Positions 13,779 to 25,011 of a DNA stretch of 64,000 bases are shown in pieces. This DNA comes from Chrysomallon squamiferum (Eukaryota > Animalia > Mollusca): contig CM022666.1 of assembly GCA_012295275.1 (NCBI GenBank), positions 8,556,001-8,620,000 on the forward strand, given 5' to 3'. How positions within the stretch are numbered: position 1 is the first letter of the stretch; each line of letters starts with the position of its first letter. Below the pieces are notes generated by a model. That model made no database searches and was not told the origin of the DNA. It was given only the letters and a program-made list of their open reading frames with translations. The position numbers and the translations under genes were made by a program.

Positions 13779-15060
13779 CAATAAATAAATAAAGTAATAA
13801 CAATAAATAGATAAATAAATGAATAAATAAACAAACACAGAATAAAATAAATAAATTCTCTAAATATATATATATTTTATGTTCAGGAGAATGGGGTGAA
13901 TGGATAACTGTGAACATGACAACATGTTCAGTAACCTGCAACAAGCAAGTTTGGAAAATTCGCTACTGTGAACGTAAAGGTGTTGGTGATCCAAGAGGCA
14001 ACTGTGCAGGTGACAACAGAAGAGTTGAAATAAAAAACTGCATTGGAGAAAAATGTAATTTAGGTAACTATCTGACAAATATTTGTGATTTTTAAATCAA
14101 GCTAGTAAACAGTTGTGATTTTAGATAAATCTGATAAATAAGTAATTTTAGATAAATGTTAAAAATAATTGTGATTTTAAATTAATTTGATAAATAATCG
14201 TGATTTTAAATTTATTTGACAAAATGTTATTTTAAATTAATCTGACAAATTATTGTGATGTTAGATAAATTTTACATATGACTGATTTTGTATAATTTGA
14301 GAAGTAATTGTAGTTTTATGTACATTTGACAAATAATATACTTTTAAATCTGACAAATAACTGATTTTACATAAATCTGACAAACAATTGTCATTTTAAA
14401 TTAATTTGATAATAATTGTGCATTTAGATTTATTTGACAAATATTGTGATTTTAAATAAATCCGAAAATTGTGATTTTTAGAGAAATCTGACAAATAATT
14501 GTATTTTTAGATAAATTTCACACATAAATTGTGATTTTAGATAAATTGGACTACTACTGTTATTACTATTCTTATTGACACTATTAAATTGCTACAACTT
14601 CTATGGCTGTTACACCTACTATTAATACTGAAATTTGTTCATAAAATACTATTTAAGTTAATATTACTTTATCAAATATTTAAAAAAAAATGAAAAAATC
14701 ACAGACACCATAGTGGAACCAATATTTTTTTCTGTAACAAATAAAAAAATCATAATTCACAACTTGCTTTTTTAAATATTGTAGATATGTTGGAATACAG
14801 CCATCGTTATTGGCATAGACCTGAACGACACAGTAAGAACATTTAAAAATATATATAAAAAATGTCCTAGTTTTGTCAAAATTACAAAATTAACTAGTCA
14901 AATAAGAGAAACACTTAAGTTCAACTTTGCATAAGTGAAACCTTTTTTAATTTTGTTATCCAAGCTGCTCTCTTTAGAACCTGTTTCGTAATTAATGGCT
15001 GAGTCAGTTGTGTTTTCTGAGTTTTCAAACTGAGAAAAAAAAAAGTTCAGCAATGTATTT
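12810..15060 (+). repeat. Direct segmental duplication (~2.2 kb) of 3690-5910
   Basis: Colinear near-identical sequence from ttttggatca.tataaaatattgttt to gttcagcaatgt, including three exons and the intronic minisatellite. Confidence 0.92.
13186..14832 (+). CDS. Locus A': 5' duplicate of A (signal exon, TSP1-like exon, 48-nt exon) without its own TM or tail exons
   Basis: Exons 13186-13237 (MRTIQIVLFIQEFLFVC), 13887-14063 (TSP1-like) and 14785-14832 (DMLEYSHRYWHRPERH). Splice sites are intact and there are no stops. Homology to A ends near 15060. Confidence 0.65.
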
Positions 15061-15063
15061 TCC

Positions 15064-15670
15064 ATGTTTTAAGTGCTACACCCGTGGTGTGGTGGTGTAA
15101 GGAAGGTTAATCTATGGTCTTGTTTGCACTCTTGTGTAATACTTACTAGTATTTCCTTCATAATGTATTTTTAACAACAATAAAAATAAATATGTTGTTT
15201 TCAATTATACCAAAAAGAGAAATAATAATGAACAAAAATCATTTAATTATTGATTCCACCCTCTTTTATATTTATTAGAAAAGAATGTCCTTATTTATTT
15301 ATTTATTTATTTATTTGTTTGTTTGTTTATTTATTTGATTGCTTGATTGCTTGGATCTGAATAAATGATATTTGTGTAACTTTTTCCAGCAAAATCTGAA
15401 AAAGAAAAATATATTTTTCTCTATTAAATCAAAAATAAATGTCATGATTTAATCCTTGATTCGATATGTCAGGTTATTTTTTTAATAAAATATTTTAAAC
15501 ATTTAAAAGAAATGTATTAAATACAAATGACACAAAGTAAAACAATAAATTACTGCTTGATTGAAATTAGCCTAATACTGTCACCATTCAAATATTCATA
15601 ATTTTAATTATAACAATAAAAATAAATATAGACAGATATATAAATAGACTGATATTTTGCATGAGATGCA
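15064..15670 (-). repeat. Inverted duplication of about 16690-17270 carrying a pseudo-exon copy of the 72-nt exon of locus B
   Basis: Reverse-complement match, e.g. ggtggtgtaaggaaggttaa vs ttaaccttccttacaccacc and cctaatactgtcaccattcaaatattcataatttt vs aaaattatgaatatttgaatggtgacagtattagg. The inverted exon copy has TGG changed to TAG. Confidence 0.9.
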
Positions 15671-15685
15671 AATAGATTGATATTT

Positions 15686-15724
<39 letters not shown>

Positions 15725-16430
15725 TATTTATTAATTTCACTGTAACAAAATGGTAGTGATAATACAGTTTGCGTGAATATTTCAAAACTGTGGAGTTCAT
15801 TTCATCGGTAAGTGAAATTCTTCGTAAAATAAAATAAATCAAAGACCACCTGTGTTTCCTGTGCGCATGACAATTCGGAATATCCGATGACGCTATAAGT
15901 TGACGTCTGCAAGTGGCGTAAGGAAAGCGTTTGGTAAGAATAATAAAATAGATAATAATAATGATGATTATGATGATAATATATATATTTTTTTATTATT
16001 TATTTATGTTATTGTTGTTATCAGCTTACAAACACACACACACATGATTTTATTTATTTACTGTTTTCTTTTTTTCTTCTTTTTCCTTTTTCTTTTTTTA
16101 AGAGAAGGTAATATTTTATTAGTAAATAATTACGTTTTTCAGTTTTAATTATGAATTCTCGAGAACACATACATTTCATGATAAACTCGATTTTACATTT
16201 GACAATTAAAATATTATTAGTTGATGTACTTACTGATTTACTTTGATTCAGCAGTGCGATAATGTGCTAACTGATTAAGTTCATTAACCCGCCAGTCTCA
16301 TCAGGCTGCATTTTCAGCTTATATATTTATTAATTAAGGAAGTTTCTGTTTTATTAGTTAACTACCTCATTTATTTATTTATTTATTTACTTACTTATTT
16401 TCCAGGACTCTATCTTTAAACGAATTTAAA

Positions 16431-16546
16431 ATGAAATCTGTAATACTACTTCTAATATCGACGATCGTTATGATGCTACCAGAAAGTTTGTATAATTATG
16501 TTAAAATTATTAAATCGATTTATTATATTATTATTGTTATTATTAC

Positions 16547-16598
<52 letters not shown>

Positions 16599-19500
16599 TT
16601 ATTTTTTTTTTTAATTTAACTTCTACATTACCTCTATTCATTCTTATAGTACAACTTAGGCAGATCTGGTGACAGATCTTTATCTACTAATTTACACTGT
16701 CTCATGCAGAATATCTATCAATTTATAGATCTGTCTATATTTATTTTTATTGTTGTATATTAAAATTATGAATATTTGAATGGTGACAGTATTAGGCTAA
16801 TTTCAGTCAAGCAGTAATTTATTGTTTTACTTTGTGTCATTTGTATTTAACACATTTCTTTTATTAAAAATAACCTGGTATATGGAATCAAGGATTAAAT
16901 CATGATATTTATTTTTGATTTAACAGTGAAAAATAAATTTTTTGTTTTTAGATTTTGCTGGAAAAAGTTATATAAATATCATTTATTCAGATACAAGCAA
17001 TCAAATAAATAAACAAACTAACTGTTAAATAAATAAATAAGGACATTCTTTTCTATTAAATATAAAAGGGGGGAGAATCAATAATTAAATGATTTTGTTC
17101 TATATTATTTTTGTCTTTTTTGATATGATTGATAATAACAGATTTATTTTTATTGTTGTTAAAAATACATTATGAAGGAAATACTGGTGAATATTACACA
17201 AGAGTACACACAGGACCATGGGTTAACCTTCCTTACACCACCACAGCACGTATGTAGCACTTAAAACATTAAGCATTTATTTATTATTCAAGAAAGCTCA
17301 CCTGACAAGACAAGAAAGAGGAAAAGGCTGATGAAGTCCTCTAACATACATAATATTTACCTATCTACCTATTTATCTCTATCAGTCTATATTTATTTAT
17401 TTATGTTTATTGTTTTAATTTCTGGGTTTTGTATTTTACACATTTGTTTAAAAATAATATTTTATTAAATGTGACCTGGTATAACAAATCATTATAGGGC
17501 TAACACTGAAAAATGTCAACATTTTTACATTTTATTGGAAAAGTTGCTTAAACATCTTATCTTCAAATCAAAGAAAGAAACCAGCTGATAAGCCAGCCAA
17601 TAAAAACATTTTTGTTTTTGATGAATCTACTAAGAAAAAACAAAATAATTTATTACTTTATTTAACTAACATTTTAAAAATTATATTGAAAATATTTCTC
17701 TCTGTATTTTATTTTCTCACTTTCTCTCATGCAGTGACTTCACAAACATGAACTCAAATGTAGTAATAATGAACAGAAGATGAGAGCTATTTTAGTTTTA
17801 TGTTTTTAAAATAAATATCCTTTTCAGTTGTTGTTGTTGTTGTTGTTGTTGTTTGTTTTGTTTGGGTTTTTCTTGTCAGGGAGTAGATATAGTCAGTGGT
17901 CGGCTTTACACAAGAATATATACCTGAGTTTTACCTTTATTCTTTTTAATTGTTTTATTTTTTGTTTTTATTATTTTTTTTTTTTTTTTTATTCTAGGAC
18001 GAACTCGCAATGAAGGTGTGTAGTACTTAAAACATTAACCATTTAATTTTATTCCACATCTATTTATTATTTATTTATATTTACTGTTTTAATTTCTGGG
18101 GTTATTTTTTATTTTACATATTTGTTTTATGTATTTAAAATAATATTTTATTAAATGTGACATGGTTTATCAAATCATTATAACAATGGGTTACCATAAA
18201 CAAGATTATATTTCTTCCATATTTGTGTTTCTTCTTTTTCATATAATAATTAATTATTAATAAGTTTTATTTTTAATCTTTTTATAAATGAGATACATTT
18301 TTTTTAATTCAAATTTTTAATTTTTTTTAATATAATTTCTCTTCCTTGATATTAATAACAGTTTCATTTTTTTCTTTTGTTCAAACAGATTATTTTGAAT
18401 TATCTAGACGAAGACTGGTTCCACTTCAAACCAGAGGACCCTTACCGCCGACTCTAGGTAAGTAGTTCTTAAAACATTAACCATTTAATTTTAAACTGCA
18501 TCTATTTATTGTTCACCACAACTCATTTGCTAAGACATTGTCAAGGGGAGAAGTAAGAGGGAAATATTGAAGAAGTATAGGCTGGATGACATCAATAAAG
18601 TATCGAGAAGCAGACAGCACATTGACTCTATTATTATTGGTCTTGGGTATACCTGATTTGACTATTTCTTACTGAAACATATTAGGCATATTAGGTATAT
18701 GTCACAGGGCATTAAAGGTTAAATTGTTTGTCCTAAAAATAATAGTCACAAGGGTAGCAATACATACTGCAGAAACTGAAGACTATTCTCTCACCAGATG
18801 TATACATTTTATGTTTAATAAAAATGTCAAATAAATATGTTAACTTCTTTGCTTTGTCATATTTCTGATGAAGATGAATTAATGGATATACAACAAATAA
18901 CTTTTCATAAAATAAAAATTACCTGACACTGTTTTTTCTAAAGATTTTTTTCTTAAAAACACAAACTTAAAATTATGTACCTACCTTTTCTTGAGACAAC
19001 ATCCAAAAATGTATAATTGTGCTTAAATGTATATATTGCATTTATATTTATGTGAATATCTAAGAGTGAATGTGTGTTTGCTGTTTTATTACTATTTTTA
19101 TTGTGAATGTTATTACTGTTTCCAAATTTGTTTGTTGAATAACTTTAATTTTGTTGTTTTTCAGACCCAATCCAGCGCTTTTTGTTAATGTCCTCTGTTC
19201 CATTTCGTAAGTATATTGTTTTAAAATGTTATATGTAAAGTGGAGTAAATATATTTTATTAACTTTCTAATAATTAACAAAACAATTTTTTTTAATAGTT
19301 TACATCCAAGTCTTTTATGTCTGTTTCTTATGAAAGTGTATGAAAGCTATTACAAACAAATGGTTTAAATTAGGACCTTCATACCTTTTTGAATGTTGAC
19401 CTCATCATGTAATCCTTGAATTGTTACTGGTCCTTCCTATTTGTTATAATTAACAAAGACAATAAAAGTGAGAATAACTTTATTAATAATTAAACTCTTT

Positions 19501-21019
19501 TATCCAGTGTTCAATATCTTTAAAGGGAATGTTAGGGTCTATGAGCTTTTAGAAAAGCATTACCAGTAATTGGTGAATTTTGAGTTGTTTCAGTCATGAC
19601 TCACCTTATTTCTATCATTCTCATCATGTTTTGTGATCACAACAGCTCACCATAGATTTATATATGTGTGTGTGTGTTTGTGTGTGTTGTTGTTTTTTCC
19701 TATGATTATAAAGGAATTATTTTTGTGCAGCTATAATTAGCCTCCTTACAGGAACTCAAAAATGGTTGTCCACTGTCAAAAGCTTGTTGCTAGTCTCTTG
19801 ATGGCAAAGTAAAAAAAACAACAACAACAACAAAGAAACAAAACAGTCAAGAATTCTCAGTATATCAGTGACTGTTTATTGTAATTATGGTAATTCAAAC
19901 AGATCAATTTTATTTCTGAAATTCAGACTCAAATGCTTTTTTCTTATGCTTTGAATTTGGTTTACAGTGTATTTCCCCTCCTTTCTCTCTGACATTTTAT
20001 ACTTTTTCAGACCACCCTGATTATCGTCCACGTCATGTATTTGGATATTCTGCAGGTAAAATATTATGAAATTATCAATACAACATAAACCATTTGTAAA
20101 TTGTGTGCATGAAACAAAGAAATGATGAATTTGCTAATCATTCTGCAAGAAAAATAATATAAAAAATTCATGTCCTATATTGTTTGTTATGTTTCTTTCT
20201 ACTTCTCTTTTTTTCTTTCTTGCCAATTAATATTTATTTTATTTATTTTTTAGTTGATCAAATGAGTCCAGGAGTTGTAGCTGGAATTGTTGTTGCAAGT
20301 TTCTTGGGAGCTACCACTGTAGCCACAGCAGTATTTTCCTATTACAGGTGCCAGTAAAGTTAAAACCACATTCCTTCCCACTCACATCCATTCATTCACT
20401 TGAACATACATACACAGCATTAGTTATTTCAGCTAATTCATTCACTTACTATCACAATAAAGTTTGACCAGTATGATGGTATTTCATATAGATTTGCATT
20501 TTTCCTCATTTCATAACCAAAAGAAACCAAACAAAAACAACAACATAAAAAAGTGATAATAATTATTATAATAAAAAAATAATAATAATAAAAATAAAAT
20601 AAAATAAATAAATTAACTAAAAAAAAAAAACTGACAAAAAAACCTGTTATTATTTTTTGAATAAAGGTTAAAGTGATATTCCTGGCAGTTAACAACTGTA
20701 GTTTTCTGATAATTAAAATTAATTGGTTGATTTTATTTCTTGCTACCCATATTCACACATTCACTGACCCACAGTATCATTCATGAAAATGTAGAGATAA
20801 ATAGATGATTATCATCAATACTGTTGTTTATGTCACTGTTGTTACAGATATAATTTATTATTGTTATTTATTTACTCGCTTATTTACATCCTTACTTATT
20901 TACTAATTTGTTTATTTATCAGCTTTTCAGTCAGAAGTGGTATGCCACTTTTGAATCTTTCATTTGGCATGTCCAAAAAGGAAAAGTACTCCTATGAAAA
21001 CAAAACTCAAGTAGTTTGA
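16431..21019 (+). CDS. Locus B: ~163-aa type-I membrane protein encoded by micro-exons
   Basis: Exons 16431-16485 (MKSVILLLISTIVMMLPE), 17178-17249, 17998-18015, 18389-18457, 19165-19206, 20011-20055, TM 20254-20347 (SPGVVAGIVVASFLGATTVATAVFSYY) and tail 20923-21019 (SFSVRSG...KTQVV*). All GT-AG, giving a continuous frame without stops. The 17178 acceptor is weak. Confidence 0.75.
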
Positions 21020-22255
21020 AACAGTATCACCTGAACAAGTGATAATGAATTGGAAAAGAGTATCTCCAGCTATTAGATGTTAAAACATTCAGTTTCAATT
21101 ACATTTCTTAAGATATTCTTGTTCATATATTTTTATCTGTTAATTACATTATAATTACGCTCCATTTAATTCCTTTTGAAAGTATATTGAAATTGTGTTT
21201 CCACTGTGCAGAATGATATATAAGAAAAAGCAATTCAAGGCTAAATGGAAATGTTCTATTCGGGCATTCATTCACTTATTAAATGAAGTTTGACCAGTAA
21301 GATGGTATTTTGTGTAGATTTGCATTTTCCTTCACTCCATGGTGTCAAAAAAATTTGAAGAAAACTTAAAGCCCCACCAAAAAAGCAAGCAAAACACCAG
21401 TCCACACCTAACTAGTACAGACCCTTGATTTTGAAATATTATGTGCATCAAAGTATAAATTATTTTCTATTCATAGTTATGCTTCACTTGCAGATTAATA
21501 AATTTCATTCTAGTTTCGAAAAGAAAACACTGGTATTAATTTGAAGTTTTCATCACGTTGTTGTTGTCATTTAGACATTCTGACATGGAGCTTTTGTTAT
21601 TAACATTTCTATTTTTTTTTTACCTATAGTTTAGACTGACAGTTTCATCAACTTGCTATCGAATTATAGCTTACTATACATATATATGTCTGCAGTGAGC
21701 TGTTGTGACCAAGAAACATGATGAGAATGATTGAAATAAAGTGTTTGACCATATCACATAAATTTGTATCTATTTAATTTTTTTTTTTATGCTAATAAAG
21801 TTTGAAAATAGTTTTCTTTCTCTATTCTAGACAATTTCTCAATGTAATAAATATGTTAAAATATACATACATTTGAATGAATCAGAGTTTGAAAATAAAA
21901 TATTTTCTGTATATAATGAACAGATCAAATACATTGTAAAATTATTTGAATGAATAAACATTTGAAAATCAAATTGTTTTTTCTGCTGTGTCTTGAGAAG
22001 ACTTTTTTCAGTAATAAATATGTAAAATGTATTTTTATTTGAAGGAACATAAATTTGAAAATAAAAGATATTCTTGTTTCCTATCTAGTTTTTAAGTTAT
22101 TTTTACAATGTCATCATTAGTTTAAAATATATATATATATATATATAACTGGTATTTTGAATGAAATGGTTTGAAAATAAAATAAAAATTATTTTCTATT
22201 TAGAATCAACACATTTTTTTTTTTTTTCTTGTCATAAAAAGCTCATATATGATGT

Positions 22256-22299
<44 letters not shown>

Positions 22300-22348
22300 T
22301 ATCTTAAATTTTTCAATACATTTTTGAAAGTATCAAAATCTGATTTTT

Positions 22349-22382
<34 letters not shown>

Positions 22383-23291
22383 GTCATATTTGTTTTGTCA
22401 TAAATAAAATAACTACATACAAATAAATCAATGTAATAATTTTTACTCAGTGATGACTCAATATCTTTCATAATTATTAAACACTGTTAGCACACCCAGG
22501 TTCACAATCTTAAGCAGTCTTTTTGTGTAATAAAATAAAATAAAATAAATAATACACAAAGAAATTATGGCAAAAAAAAAAAAAAAATTGGAATAATTTA
22601 TTTGAAAATTATCTTTAAAATAGATTCATGCACGATTATATTGCCAACGAAACAACCGTGCAAGTGTGACCAGCATTTGGGATATTAAAATAACGGGGTG
22701 GAGGGTGGCTCCCTTCTGTATGTAACGCTTTCGTATGTGAACGTTATGTCAGATCAACACTATTAAGATTAATTAAACTAGTTTTTGTTTGTTTTATTTT
22801 GCTGAAATGTCTTAGTTCTTCGTGATAAATTTGCCGAGATTTTGTTACGTCCACAATTTTCACGATAGTATCGAATGGTAGAAGCCCGATTGCTATTATC
22901 AGTTCACAAAAATAATACTGATAAAATTCAAACTTCTAGTCACTGATTGAAAAACAAAACAACAACAAAAAAAAAAAAAAAAAAAAAAATGCTCTTTGAA
23001 TAAAAAAACTGAACGGACTTTTTGCTTTTTTTTTTTTTTTTTCATGAAGGTGCCAACATATTTTGGCAAACTGTTATTTGTGTTTTTTCAAAATGAAACT
23101 AATTTTATGTTGAAAATTGTTTCTTTTTTAAAGATGAATGCCATTTTCGATAGCTGATGCCGACCTTATTGAACTAATGTGTAATGTATATTATTACGGA
23201 TCAGGGCGAAGAAAAACTGACGCGCTTGTCAAACCATTTAAATTCCTCCCACCGGCACTGCTCCCGTACATCACTAATAATCATATGGGGA

Positions 23292-23325
<34 letters not shown>

Positions 23326-24725
23326 TTCATTATTATTATTATTATTATTAATTCGTCCCTACTGTCATTAGAATATATTATTTTTCTAAAACAAAATTGT
23401 GTCCCATCTGTACATTGCATTAAACGGCATGTCGTATTCGGCCTCATTTTGATATAAATGTTGAGATGGCGCTTCAAACTAAATGCATTTTTATAAACCG
23501 CGCTGATTATCGTTCTTGAATAACCTAGCTGATGACGTAATCATTTTCACGTCTGCTACGAAAATATTAGGTGGGTACTGTATTTATTTTACTTTTTTTT
23601 TCTTTTTTTTAGTTTAAAAGAACGAAGAAGAAGAAAAAATTAATTTGTTTTTATTTAGAAAGATGTAAAATAGATGATATGATTGTAGTCCGTAAGAGTT
23701 TGTTAAACAAATTTCAAGAGTATTATATTTTATTGCATAAACTCAAGTGACGAACAAATTTTCAGATAAAATTATAAAAATTGGACTGTATCGTGATATA
23801 ATTATCGCAGTATGATCGATTTTTATCTTATTTCTTAAACATTTTATCGTTTCGCGAATAAAGAAAATTATTAAATATATTGGCATGGTTCATTTGTTAA
23901 TTAATTTTATTTATTTATTTATTTTGAAATTTTGCATTTGTGATTGGAAATAATATTTTTCACGATGTAATTATGTGACAAAATCGTATTTTCGAGGTTA
24001 ACCGAATTCACCATCTGCGTGCTAGCCCTTGTATCCAACTGATATGCACATCCTTCATAAACAGTATCGCAGTTCGTCCGTTTTTTAAATTTCAGTAATA
24101 AAAACCTTTTTAGAAACTTGGCACATATATATCTCCACTATGTCGCTTTCGAATTTTTCCTTTTGATGTTCTAGAAGTAATTTTACTTTTCCGACGATAA
24201 ATAGCTTCATATAATCATTCAGATGGAAAACGAGAGGTGAGGGGTTTTCATTTGATGAAAAAAAAAAAAAAAAAAAAAAAAACACAAACAAAAAATATAT
24301 CTAGAATGAAATATTTAAGGTTATTTCTGCACAATATTATCAAAATCTGACATTTGTCATGTTAATTAAATTCCGACAAAAGTTCCGATTAGTATATATC
24401 GCAAAGCAACCATTATGGCCGCCTGTTATTTCCGTTACAAAATGCCATTGCATTTTTATTTATTTTTATATTTTCAAAATAAAAATACAATTGGTGCATG
24501 TTTTCATCGGTATTTTATAATTTTTCTGAATATAAACACACACACACACACGGAGACTCAGACATATACCTGTTTGTTTTAGAAAGTTTTATAAATATTT
24601 TATATTTTATCATTTTTATTCTGTCAGATTCGTAAAACCATTGGTAAAACTATTGCATTCATTTATTTTATTTTTAATCTTTTTATACCTTTCAGGTGTT
24701 TTGCTAGCAATACCCGGAGACAGAC

Positions 24726-24963
24726 ATGAAAAGTACATTTAAAACGTTGTTCATATTTATCATAGGACTACATTTGATACCAAAGGGTTTGTTTCATTAT
24801 ATTGAAAACATTTCTCTTTGTATTTTATTTTCTCACTTTCTCTCACGCAAAGACTCCATAAACACAAAACCAAACATATTAATAATGAACAGATGAGAGC
24901 TATTTTAGTTTTATGTTTTTAAAATAAATATTTTTTTCAGTTTTTAATTACTCTTCAGTTACC

Positions 24964-25011
<48 letters not shown>

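Noticed and set aside
21790-22210. Degenerate ~80-110 bp AT-rich repeats (tttgaatgaa...tttgaaaataaa)
   Set aside because: Too degenerate and AT-rich to define units or function.
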